Assembly (NCBI GenBank): GCA_963666485.2
Contig: CAXXUO010000001.1
Span: forward strand, 928,001 to 992,000
Reading direction: 5' to 3'
Length of the DNA: 64,000 bases
Origin: Syntrophorhabdaceae bacterium
GTDB taxonomy: Bacteria; Desulfobacterota; Syntrophorhabdia; Syntrophorhabdales; Syntrophorhabdaceae
Part shown: positions 19,162 through 28,577 of the stretch, piece after piece
How positions within the stretch are numbered: the first letter of the stretch is position 1
Layout of the letters: each line of letters starts with the position of its first letter
Program-made: the position numbers and the translations under genes
Notes under the pieces: generated by a model
Seen by the model: only the letters and a program-made list of their open reading frames with translations
What the model was told of the DNA's origin: nothing
The model's database searches: none

Positions 19162-20520
19162 TTATTCTTTATTGCTGTTCCCTGTCGTTTTGAGATAGAG
19201 TTTGCGCCGCGAGATCCCGAGCATTCTGGCCGCCTTGCTTTTATTGCCCTTTGCAAGGGTGAGGACCCGCTCGATATGCTCCTGTTCTATGCGCTGCAAG
19301 GTGAGTTCATCGGCCGAAAGGCTGAGCCCGTCGAGGTCCCTCTCCGGCATCCTGTCCTCCATCATGCCCCGGGGCATGTCTTCCGACAGGATCGTATCGC
19401 GGGCCGCGGACAAAAGGACCGCGCGCTCCATGACGTTCGCAAGCTCGCGGACGTTGCCGGGCCAGCGATAGCTTTTCAGGACATCCATGACCTCCCGGGA
19501 CAGGAGCTTTTTTGCGGCCCCCCGCGAGAATTTTCCGAGAAAATAATCGGCCAGAAGCGGGATGTCATCCCTGCGCTCCCGAAGCGGGGGGAGGGTTATA
19601 ATAAAAGTGTTGAGGCGAAAGAAAAGGTCCTTGCGGAATCTCTTCTCCTTCACCTCGTTTTCGAGCGATTTGTTCGTTGCAAATATGAACCTGACGTCAA
19701 CCTTCGATTCGCGGGTATCACCTAAGCGCCGGAATATGCCCGTCTCGAGCGTCCGCAAGAATTTTGCCTGTATCGCCATGCCCATGTCACCGATCTCGTC
19801 GATGAAGAATGTCCCTTTGTCCGCCAGCTCGAGAAGGCCGATCTTGTCGGATTGCGCCCCGGTGAAGGCCCCCTTCTTATAGCCGAAGAGCTCGCTTTCG
19901 AGAAGTGATTCCTGGAGTGCGCTCGAATTGACCGCAACGAACTGATTCGCCGAGCGGGGGCTCATGGCGTGGATCGCCCGGGCGACAAGCTCCTTGCCCG
20001 TCCCCGTCTCCCCCAGGACGAGGACCGGCACGTCCGACGGCGCAACGAGCCGGATAAGCCTTCTGACCTCGTCCACCGGTTCACTGGAACCGACAAAGGA
20101 ATCGTGCGTCTCGACCCTCTGGAGCTGCTGCTCGAGAACGATGGTGCGTTCCTTGAGGGATTTCTTCTCATACGCTTTTTGGATAACGTTGGAAAGTTCC
20201 GTCAATTTACAGGGCTTGCTGAGGTAATCGTAGGCGCCGAGCTTCATCGACTGGATCGCCGTATCCACGGAGGCATGGCCTGTGAGCATGATGATCTCGA
20301 GGTTGGGCTCGTTCTTTTTTATGGATTTCAGGAGCTCTACGCCGTCCATATCCGGGAGCCTTATATCGAGGACGCATACGTCGAATGTATGCTTCTTCAT
20401 GATGGTCAATGCTTCCCGGGCTGTAAACGCGGACGTCACAGAGAGCCCGTCGCGCGAGAGCTTTTTCCTGAAAGCCTCGACGAGCTGTTCCTCGTCATCA
20501 ATGATCAGGACGCGGACCAC
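19162..20520 (-). CDS. sigma54-dependent response regulator (paralog of 2760-4109)
   Basis: Receiver, GETGTGKE, GAFTGA, WPGNVREL, HTH; GTG start. Confidence 0.95.
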   Translation of the reverse strand: MVRVLIIDDEEQLVEAFRKKLSRDGLSVTSAFTAREALTIMKKHTFDVCVLDIRLPDMDGVELLKSIKKNEPNLEIIMLTGHASVDTAIQSMKLGAYDYLSKPCKLTELSNVIQKAYEKKSLKERTIVLEQQLQRVETHDSFVGSSEPVDEVRRLIRLVAPSDVPVLVLGETGTGKELVARAIHAMSPRSANQFVAVNSSALQESLLESELFGYKKGAFTGAQSDKIGLLELADKGTFFIDEIGDMGMAIQAKFLRTLETGIFRRLGDTRESKVDVRFIFATNKSLENEVKEKRFRKDLFFRLNTFIITLPPLRERRDDIPLLADYFLGKFSRGAAKKLLSREVMDVLKSYRWPGNVRELANVMERAVLLSAARDTILSEDMPRGMMEDRMPERDLDGLSLSADELTLQRIEQEHIERVLTLAKGNKSKAARMLGISRRKLYLKTTGNSNKE

Positions 20521-22035
20521 TTATGCTCCTTTCACCTGCCTGGTATAACGGGGCAGCACGACCTTGAACGTACACCCTCCGCCGAAGCGCGGGCCGACCT
20601 CGATCGAGCCTCCCATCCTCTGAAGGAAATCATAGCACAGCGTCAAGCCCAGGCCGGTACCTTTTTTTATTCCCTTGGTCGTAAAAAAAGGCTCGAAGAT
20701 AAGGCTGCGGATATTTTCAGGGATCCCCGGGCCGTTGTCCTCGATCGTGACCTCCAGGGCATTGCCGGATGCCTCCCGTGCCTTGATCCAGACCGAAGCA
20801 TCGGCTGTCCCTTCCACCGCGTCCACGGCATTCATGACGATATTCAGGAAGACCTGGCGCATCGCATCGAAATCGCCCCTGACCTTGGGCAGGTGTACCG
20901 GGACGTCCTCTATAAAACGGACGGGGAGCTTCTGAAAGTTTATGTGATCCAGTATCTCGTCAAGGAGCTCATTCACATCGATGCTCGTCTTCCCGAGCTC
21001 CTTTTTCCGCGTAACATCGAGAAGGGCCTTGATCGTTCGCGTGCAGCGGAAGGCCTGTTCCTCGATGGTCCTGAGGTGCTCTTTGAACTCCTCGATGTCC
21101 CGCTTCGTGAGCTCTGCTCCCTCCAGGTTTTCAAGGGAATCGAGGGCAAGCTCCGCATTGGCTGTTATCGTCGCCAGCGGATTGTTGAGCTCGTGTGCTA
21201 TCCCCGTCGTCAATCGCCCCACAATGGACATCTTGGCTTCCTGCATAAGCTGTTCGTTTGCTTTTACGCGGTCCGTGGTCTCCTCGATGATGCACAGGAG
21301 CCTTTCCACCTTGCCGTCCTTGTCCTTGATAGGAACGCCTTTGAAATAGATATATTGCGGGACGCCCCAGTAATTGATGAACGGGAAGTCCCACAGCTGG
21401 AACGGCCTGCCCTTGAGCCCGTCCTTTATATGCTGCGCCATGCCGCACTTCTTGGTAAACGGGTTCTTTATCCAGTTGAAACCGATCAGCTTCTCCTTTG
21501 CCCTGGCCACGGTATCGAACCCGGCAAGGGTCGCGAGCGCCGGATTGACGCTCGAGAATTCGCCCTTCTTATTAATGGTAAAGATGGCGACCGGCGCGTT
21601 CTCGATGATCTCGTAATTGAATTCACCAAGTTCCTTCAGGTCCTCCTCGGTCCTGCGGAAGGCTGTCACATCCCGTATCACCTCGATGACCCCTTCGGAG
21701 CTGCGCCCGCCGGGTTCGCGTACGGGTGACGCCGTGAGCATATAGTATTCTGCGTCGAAACGGTCATTGCCCACCTTGATCTCGAGCTGCTCCGTCTTCC
21801 CCGTTGCATACGCGCGCACGACGGGGCAATTCGGGCAGGGCCTGCGCCTTCTCATAATGGCCGCATAGCAGTGCTTGCCCCTTAAGTCTTCCGCCTCCCT
21901 GCCTCCTGACCAGCGGCGGCTGACGGAGCCTACCCATTCGATCGTGAGGTCGCGGCCTATCATGAACGAGCCTCCGCACAAAAGGCGCATGACCGACGTA
22001 AGTGTACGCGAGCTCTTATCCTGGTCTATGGTCAT
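20521..22035 (-). CDS. PAS sensor histidine kinase (paralog of 851-2755)
   Basis: PAS with HCY...PCPNCP, shared PAS (APVAIFT...PFQLWDFPF), IAHELNNPL, DNGPGI, GTGLGL. Start uncertain (22035 or slightly downstream). Confidence 0.88.
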   Translation of the reverse strand: MTIDQDKSSRTLTSVMRLLCGGSFMIGRDLTIEWVGSVSRRWSGGREAEDLRGKHCYAAIMRRRRPCPNCPVVRAYATGKTEQLEIKVGNDRFDAEYYMLTASPVREPGGRSSEGVIEVIRDVTAFRRTEEDLKELGEFNYEIIENAPVAIFTINKKGEFSSVNPALATLAGFDTVARAKEKLIGFNWIKNPFTKKCGMAQHIKDGLKGRPFQLWDFPFINYWGVPQYIYFKGVPIKDKDGKVERLLCIIEETTDRVKANEQLMQEAKMSIVGRLTTGIAHELNNPLATITANAELALDSLENLEGAELTKRDIEEFKEHLRTIEEQAFRCTRTIKALLDVTRKKELGKTSIDVNELLDEILDHINFQKLPVRFIEDVPVHLPKVRGDFDAMRQVFLNIVMNAVDAVEGTADASVWIKAREASGNALEVTIEDNGPGIPENIRSLIFEPFFTTKGIKKGTGLGLTLCYDFLQRMGGSIEVGPRFGGGCTFKVVLPRYTRQVKGA

Positions 22036-22048
22036 GACAAAATAGGAT

Positions 22049-22064
22049 AGCAAATATAGTGCCA
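22049..22064 (-). promoter_or_regulatory. sigma54 (-24/-12) promoter of the kinase-regulator operon
   Basis: TGGCACTATATTTGCT, matching TGGCAC-N5-TTGCW. Confidence 0.75.
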
Positions 22065-22279
22065 CGAGAAAAGGTGCGGCACTTTGACGATATTTCTGTC
22101 GTGAAATACGGAAGTTTGCCGGGGAGGCGTTGCGAATCGTCTTTCCGCTTGACTTTATATGAACATCCAAATATTATCTAAACAAAAATGTCTGTTTTGT
22201 TTCATATGTTACTGTAAACAGGCAAATGATCGGTTTTTATCAGGTAGTTTATCGGGTGGGTTTATGGGGTAGACTCCGG

Positions 22280-22993
22280 ATGAATGCTCATGATACTTCG
22301 GGTGCAAACCATGTGCGCGGCAGGCTTCAGAAAGCTGTTTTTCTGCGGCCCGCCTTTCTTGCGCTTTCCATCATCCTCGCGGCATTCATCGCCTCCTCTT
22401 TATCCTGCTCCTCCAGCAACAAGGCACAGTCGGGGAGCCAGGACGCGGGCTCACAGCCGGCACCCCAGCCTGCCCCGATAGCAAAAAGCGGGCCTCAGCC
22501 GGAGCAGAATGAAAAACTTGCGAACCTCGGGATCAACCCTTCCCGGCCTTATGCGGCAAAGGCGATCCAGATCCAGTACCGCGCAGACGAAAATCTCAAC
22601 CGGTACGAGGACAAGCCTCACACCCTCATGCTCGTTGTCTACCAGGTAACCGATATGAAATGGTTCAACAGTAATATAAAGGATGCCGCAGGCCTTGCCA
22701 CCCTGCTTGCCGCAGAAAAACCGGACCAGAGCGTGCTCTCCGTCGACCGGTTCTTTATCGAGCCGGGCGAGGTGAACCAGGTCGAGCTTGACCGCTATGA
22801 GAACGCAAAATGGGTGAGCATCGTCGCCGGGTATTACGATCTCACGCCCGGCCAGGTGACCCGCAGCTGGGAGCTGCCGGTCCTTATAGAAACGAAAGGG
22901 ACTTTTTTCAAGACAAACCAGGCCAGGATGGGACTTCTCGGTATGAACCTTTATTTTGGCCCGAGCAGCATACAGGAGGTGCCGAGCCCATGA
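22280..22993 (+). CDS. tssJ: T6SS lipoprotein
   Basis: Lipobox SLSC, ADENLN...PHTLMLVVYQ, SIVAGYY; first gene before tssK. Exact start uncertain. Confidence 0.8.
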   Translation: MNAHDTSGANHVRGRLQKAVFLRPAFLALSIILAAFIASSLSCSSSNKAQSGSQDAGSQPAPQPAPIAKSGPQPEQNEKLANLGINPSRPYAAKAIQIQYRADENLNRYEDKPHTLMLVVYQVTDMKWFNSNIKDAAGLATLLAAEKPDQSVLSVDRFFIEPGEVNQVELDRYENAKWVSIVAGYYDLTPGQVTRSWELPVLIETKGTFFKTNQARMGLLGMNLYFGPSSIQEVPSP

Positions 22994-24363
22994 GTCAGCC
23001 GACAAGACCCGTATTCTGGTACCAGGGATTATTCCTTCAATCTCAGCATTTCCAGCAGACCGACCTCTACCACCAGTCGTCCCTCGCGCCCTTAAGGGAA
23101 TATCTCCAACCCTTTTTTTACGGGTCCTGCGGGCACACGGTCGACGAAGGGGCGCTGCGCGAGATGGTCTTTACGATCTCGGACGGTCAATTCCTGTTCC
23201 AGGACGGTACCTGGGTCAAAACCGCCGAGAATGCAGTCATCAAGGGTCGCTCGTTCAAGGACGCCTGGACCAATATGGAACGGCCGTTCAAGGTATACAT
23301 CGGCCTGCGCCGGTGGGACCGGGGCGGGAAAAATGTCCTCGATGAGTCAGCACCCGACGGGCGGGCCCGCTTCGGCGCGGAGGGGGACACCGTGAAAGAC
23401 CTTTACCAGGGCGACGCGACCGCAGACGTCAAATTCCTTCACTACCTCCTGAGGTTCTTCTGGGAAAGCGAGATACCCGACGCCGCCGATTATCACCTTA
23501 TGCCGCTCGCAATACTCACGTTCAATGGCCAGGACGTGGTGCTGTCACGCGATTTCGTCGCGCCGTCGTTGACCATTTCTTCGGCAGATGCGCTTCTCAA
23601 GGTCATGCGCAATATTAAAGAGCTTGTACTGTCACGCTGCCGCATTCTCGAAGAGTACAAAAACCCCCGGGGTTTTCAGACCGCAGACCTGCAGGCAGCA
23701 TACCTCAATTTCTTCCTTGCCCTGAACACGCTGAACCGGTACGTCCCGCTCTTCGAACATTTTACCGAGGTTTCCACCATTCATCCCTGGACCGGGTATG
23801 GCCTCTTGCGGCAATTTGCCGGGGAACTGTCGTCGTTCACCGACCGCGTCGATGCTTTAGGAAGGCTCACGAACGGCACGGAGCTCGTCCCCCGGTATGA
23901 TCACGAGAACCTGAATTATTGCTATTCCCAGGTCGAGCTCCTTATCGAGGAGATCATAGCGTCGATGATCCTGGGAATGGAGAACATTATCCACTTCACG
24001 AGACAGGAGAATTATTTCCGGGGCCGCATACCCGGGGAGCTCCTCGACAGCCGGAACGTTTTTTACTTCATTATCAAATCTGCCGGTGATCAGCAGCAAA
24101 TAATCGATATGGTGCACCATATAGTAAAGGCGGGCTCCGAGGAGGATGTCCCCACCCTGATCACGCGTGCGTTGCCGGGAATCCCGCTTATACTGCGGCT
24201 GGATACGCCCCCCGGCCTGCCAAAAAAACCGGACATGCTCTGCTTCGAAATAGACCGGACGAACCGTTACTGGCACGACATTCTCAAGAACGGCATGATG
24301 GCCGTGTACTGGCCGGATGCCCCCGAGGACACGGCGATAGAACTCGCCATCCTCAAACCATGA
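22990..24363 (+). CDS. tssK: T6SS baseplate subunit
   Basis: PVFWYQGLFLQSQHFQQ, PRYDHENL, ALPGIPL; ATGA overlap with tssJ. Confidence 0.92.
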   Translation: MSQPTRPVFWYQGLFLQSQHFQQTDLYHQSSLAPLREYLQPFFYGSCGHTVDEGALREMVFTISDGQFLFQDGTWVKTAENAVIKGRSFKDAWTNMERPFKVYIGLRRWDRGGKNVLDESAPDGRARFGAEGDTVKDLYQGDATADVKFLHYLLRFFWESEIPDAADYHLMPLAILTFNGQDVVLSRDFVAPSLTISSADALLKVMRNIKELVLSRCRILEEYKNPRGFQTADLQAAYLNFFLALNTLNRYVPLFEHFTEVSTIHPWTGYGLLRQFAGELSSFTDRVDALGRLTNGTELVPRYDHENLNYCYSQVELLIEEIIASMILGMENIIHFTRQENYFRGRIPGELLDSRNVFYFIIKSAGDQQQIIDMVHHIVKAGSEEDVPTLITRALPGIPLILRLDTPPGLPKKPDMLCFEIDRTNRYWHDILKNGMMAVYWPDAPEDTAIELAILKP

Positions 24364-24373
24364 TGCGGGGAAT

Positions 24374-25027
24374 ATGAAACTCATCGACTGCTTCTCGGAA
24401 CTTTTGGCCTATACCGTATATATCGCCGGTAAGGGTTCAACGGCCGACCACACCTATGATGAGGCAAACGCCCGCTATGAGGACCTCTTGGGCCGCGCAG
24501 GCAGTTTGAGGTCGAGGCTCGAAGTGCCCGACAGGGATTGGGACGAAGCGAAGTTCGCCGTTTCGGCTTATATAGACGAGATGATCCTGTGCAGTGCGTG
24601 GGCCGGGAAAGATGCATGGCAGGTCAACCAGCTGCAGCATCGTTTCTTTAATACCACGAATGCGGGGGCCGAGTTCTTCGAGCACCTGGCCGGTCTCGAC
24701 CCCGGCAGGGAAGACGTTCGCGAGGTTTACGACTGGTGCCTCGCAATGGGCTTCAAAGGGACATACTTCAGGACCGAGGATTCAACGGACCTCGAAGAGA
24801 TCACGAAACAGAACCAGTCTCTGATGAGACAGCGCGCCAACGGACGGGACGACCTCTTCATGTTCCCGGAAGCGTACGGGGCGGACCGCAAGGAGGGGCG
24901 AAAAGGCATCTCCGGGTTGTTCCTGTACGTGGCAATAACCGGGCTTATACCGCTCATCATATTTTTTGGCCTCTATTATTTTTACAGCAACATACTCAAT
25001 GGCATCCTCGCCATGTATTTCCAGTAG
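24374..25027 (+). CDS. tssL: T6SS DotU family protein
   Basis: AKFAVSAYIDE, LQHRFFNTTNAGAEFF, CLAMGFKG, C-terminal TM. Confidence 0.92.
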   Translation: MKLIDCFSELLAYTVYIAGKGSTADHTYDEANARYEDLLGRAGSLRSRLEVPDRDWDEAKFAVSAYIDEMILCSAWAGKDAWQVNQLQHRFFNTTNAGAEFFEHLAGLDPGREDVREVYDWCLAMGFKGTYFRTEDSTDLEEITKQNQSLMRQRANGRDDLFMFPEAYGADRKEGRKGISGLFLYVAITGLIPLIIFFGLYYFYSNILNGILAMYFQ

Positions 25028-25057
25028 CGGGGGCCATAGGGACTTGAGTTAAAGATC

Positions 25058-28000
25058 ATGCTGAAGAAGATACTGAAAATACTGCTTGTTGTTCTCATCC
25101 TCGCGGCCCTGGCCGCCGCCGACATCTGGTTCGTTCTCAGGAACGATTACCCGCTCTGGGTCGCCGGGGCGATATTTGCCGGCATAATCGGCATTCTTGT
25201 CGGTATCCTTTTCTTGCGGAAATATCTCCTGCGCCGCAGGGAAAAGAAGTTTGTCGAGCGCGTTGTCCAGCTCGACGAAAGCGTGATCAAGGGTGCCCCG
25301 CTTCACGAGCGGCGGGAACTGCAGGACCTCCAGGACAACTGGAAGGAGTCGATCGGACTTCTCAAGAGATCGACGCTCAAGAAGCGCGGAAATCCCCTGT
25401 ACGCCCTGCCGTGGTTCCTCGTTATCGGGGAATCGGGCTCGGGCAAGACCACCGCGATCAGGAATTCCCGGCTTGAATCCCCTGTCGCGTATCCCGACAA
25501 GGCCGCCACCATATCGGCGACCCTCAATGTTGACTGGTGGTTTTTCGAAAACTCAATAGTCCTCGACACCGCCGGGCGCTACACGATACCCCTCGACGAG
25601 GTCCCCGACAAAGAGGAATGGGAACGCTTCCTCTCCCTGCTGTCGAAGTACCGGCGCCGGGAACCGATCAACGGCGTCATAGCCACGATATCGGCGGACA
25701 AGCTCCTCGCAACCGACCGGAACGCCCTCAGGGAAGACGGCCAGAACATGCGCAAGAGGATAGACCAGCTCATGCGTGTCGTCGGGGCCCGCTTTCCCGT
25801 CTATATTCTCGTTACAAAGATGGACAAGGTCTACGGGTTCAACGAGATATTTGGTGAATTAAGCCCCGAGGACACGACCCAGGCCATGGGCTACCTGAAC
25901 AGGAACACCAGGGCCCACTGGGACATGTTTCTTGACGATGCCTTCGAAAGCGTGTCGGAACGCATAGGAGAGATGGTCTTAAAGATTGTAAGGGGCCGGC
26001 AGGTCTTGAAGCCGGGCATGATCGTTTTCCGCGAAGAATTCTTGAGGCTCAAATCGGGCCTTGTCGATCTCATGCGGTCGGTCTTCGGGGACAACCCGTA
26101 CCAGGAGACACCCCTTCTGCGCGGCGTGTTCTTCTCGAGCGGCAAGCAGGAGGGCGCGCCGTTATCGGAATTTCTCGAGCATGCCGGGTTCGCCCCGGAG
26201 GCTGCGGCAGCGGTGGCTGTCGAAAAAGGCATGTTCCTCAGGGACATTTTTTCCCGGGTCCTTCCCGGCGACAGGTCCCTGTATACCCATACCCACGATT
26301 TCTTGCGGTGGCGCCGCGTCACGCGCAGCCTCGGTTTTACATCGTGGCTTCTTCTTTGTGCGGCCCTGATCGGGCTCCTCACGTTCTCGTTCGCCCACAA
26401 CCTGCACACCCTGCGGGATTTTACCGATGTTTTCCGGAGGCTGCCGTCGCTGCCCGGCGAGACGTCCACAAACCTGCTCACGATCGAAAAGTACCGGCTG
26501 GAGATCGAAGAACTGGAAAGGAACAACTCCCGCTGGTTCTTCCCCGGCTTCGCCCTTAACCAGTCACGTATTGCTGAAAAAAGGGCGAAGGAATATTTCT
26601 CCACATTCGTCAACAAGGGGTTTCTCTGGAATTTTGATAAAGGTCTGTCGGCCAACCTCGACAAGGTCGATCCGGATACGGACCCGGACAAGATCGCCGT
26701 GTACGCAGACTATATCGTTTTGCGGCTCAGCCTCGTCAGCGGCCTTGTCGACAAGGGTAAACTGCCCGACGTAAAGGATTTCGGCAAGGCCTCCGCCGAG
26801 GCCATTGACCTCTACTACCACACCCTCCCGTTCGAGGCGGCTCAGCTATTCGGGAACATTTACAGGGACTATCTCAGGTGGCACACGAACAAAGCCGAGC
26901 TTCAGCGCAGCAGGGAATTGCTCGAGGCGGCGCTCATCACCCTGGTCATGCGCCACAAATCCCTCGACTGGCTTGTCCGCAAGTCGATACCCGATGCCCC
27001 TGACGTGAAGCTGGCCGAGTTCTGGGGAACCGCAGAGGTGGGCGAGCATGACGATGCGGTCATGGTCCCGGGATGCTACACGAAGACGGGCCAGAAACAT
27101 GTATCCGATTTTCTCAGCAATCTCCTCAAAAACGCCAGGCTTGCGAAATCCCTCGAAACACTGGTGCCTTCGTTCTGGGCATGGTACCAGGACGAATACT
27201 ACAAGGCGTGGTTCGACTTTGCCGCCAACTTTCATAAAGGGGCCGATGCATTCCAGACGGAGACCGCGCGCCGGAACATGGCATCGCTGATGGCGACCGA
27301 CCACAACCCGTACTGGAAGCTTATCCTCCGCTTAAGTACCGAGACCGTACAGTCTGACCCGAAGGCGCAGCCCCCGAAATGGACAGGGCTTCCGGCTGAG
27401 CTTGTCAATATAGAAAGATTGTCAGATGCAGGGGATGTCAAGGATAAAAAGAGCGAGACCGTAAGGAGCAGAATAACGCGGGAGATCAAAAAGGTCGAGA
27501 CCAAAGGGCAGCAGCAGATCCAGAAGGCCGATCCGCGCACAAGGAAGATCTCGGAGCAGCGCCCGTCCCGCGCGAAGGTATATACCGAGTACATGAAAGA
27601 CTTAACGCAGCTTGCCCCTATCGCATCATCGGGTGATACCGCGTTTCGCATGGTGTCCGACCTTTTTTCCGGCCAGGCCGCCCTCGCGGAGGACAAATCG
27701 CCGTTCAACCTGGCCTACACCCAGTATCTCGCCCTCGAGAACATGATGAAGGAAGATGATTACGGCAACGCCGAGATCATATGGTCTTTGGTCGGCGGCC
27801 CGCTCAACTATCTCATCGATTACGGTGTCGGGAAAACATCATGCTCGCTGCAAGACAGGTGGGAAGGCGACGTCGTCAATAAAATGGACGGCGTGCCCAA
27901 AGAAAAGACGTTGAAGGCCCTGTTCGACAAGACCGACGGGGTCGTTATCAAGTACCGGGAAACAACGGCAAAACCTTTCCTTTCCGAGGCAAAGCTCGGA

Positions 28001-28555
28001 TACGCCCCGCGGGTCGCATACCAGAATACGATCTTCGCGCGTTCGGTCCCGTTCAAACCGGATTTCCTGAAATTCATCAATGCTATCCCGACAGCGCCGG
28101 TCGAGTTCCAGTCGGACCATCTCGTTTCAATGTCGACCATTCCGATCGAGGTCAACGCGGACGCAACGGTGAGGCCGACGGGCAATACACTGTCTTTGCA
28201 ATGCTCGGACGGGACGGCAATGTTAAGGAACTACAACTATCCCGATTCAAAGTCCTTCCTGTGGTCGCCGGAAAAGTGCGGGGACACGGTGCTCAAGATC
28301 ACTTTCCCCGAATTTACCCTGACAAAGATATACAAAGGCAAGACTGCCTTCGCCACGTTCTTGACCGAATTCTCCTCGGGCGCAAAAACATTCAAGGCGG
28401 CGGATTTCCCGGACAAGAAGGAAGGGCTCTCGAAGGCAGGCATCAAGTGGATCAAGGTGCGGTATAAGATCGACAACGCACAGCCCGTGATAACGGGCTT
28501 GAGCAAGAGCTCCAAAAAGGCGCCGTCCGTTGTCACGGAATGCACGTTCAAATAG
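25058..28555 (+). CDS. tssM: T6SS membrane subunit IcmF
   Basis: LYALPWFLVIGESGSGKTT, DWWF, LDTAGRY, PINGVI, FPVYILVTKMD, LRGVFFSSG. Confidence 0.93.
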   Translation: MLKKILKILLVVLILAALAAADIWFVLRNDYPLWVAGAIFAGIIGILVGILFLRKYLLRRREKKFVERVVQLDESVIKGAPLHERRELQDLQDNWKESIGLLKRSTLKKRGNPLYALPWFLVIGESGSGKTTAIRNSRLESPVAYPDKAATISATLNVDWWFFENSIVLDTAGRYTIPLDEVPDKEEWERFLSLLSKYRRREPINGVIATISADKLLATDRNALREDGQNMRKRIDQLMRVVGARFPVYILVTKMDKVYGFNEIFGELSPEDTTQAMGYLNRNTRAHWDMFLDDAFESVSERIGEMVLKIVRGRQVLKPGMIVFREEFLRLKSGLVDLMRSVFGDNPYQETPLLRGVFFSSGKQEGAPLSEFLEHAGFAPEAAAAVAVEKGMFLRDIFSRVLPGDRSLYTHTHDFLRWRRVTRSLGFTSWLLLCAALIGLLTFSFAHNLHTLRDFTDVFRRLPSLPGETSTNLLTIEKYRLEIEELERNNSRWFFPGFALNQSRIAEKRAKEYFSTFVNKGFLWNFDKGLSANLDKVDPDTDPDKIAVYADYIVLRLSLVSGLVDKGKLPDVKDFGKASAEAIDLYYHTLPFEAAQLFGNIYRDYLRWHTNKAELQRSRELLEAALITLVMRHKSLDWLVRKSIPDAPDVKLAEFWGTAEVGEHDDAVMVPGCYTKTGQKHVSDFLSNLLKNARLAKSLETLVPSFWAWYQDEYYKAWFDFAANFHKGADAFQTETARRNMASLMATDHNPYWKLILRLSTETVQSDPKAQPPKWTGLPAELVNIERLSDAGDVKDKKSETVRSRITREIKKVETKGQQQIQKADPRTRKISEQRPSRAKVYTEYMKDLTQLAPIASSGDTAFRMVSDLFSGQAALAEDKSPFNLAYTQYLALENMMKEDDYGNAEIIWSLVGGPLNYLIDYGVGKTSCSLQDRWEGDVVNKMDGVPKEKTLKALFDKTDGVVIKYRETTAKPFLSEAKLGYAPRVAYQNTIFARSVPFKPDFLKFINAIPTAPVEFQSDHLVSMSTIPIEVNADATVRPTGNTLSLQCSDGTAMLRNYNYPDSKSFLWSPEKCGDTVLKITFPEFTLTKIYKGKTAFATFLTEFSSGAKTFKAADFPDKKEGLSKAGIKWIKVRYKIDNAQPVITGLSKSSKKAPSVVTECTFK

Positions 28556-28577
28556 GCGGCCCCGAAAAGGTTAAAGG

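Noticed and set aside
13315..21729. Long plus-strand ORFs such as 13315-14901 and 19969-21729
   Set aside because: Antisense to well-supported genes; typical of high-GC3 coding sequence and without motifs.
22036..22170. N-terminal extension of the kinase to 22170
   Set aside because: It overlaps a consensus sigma54 promoter at 22049-22064, so the start should lie downstream of it.
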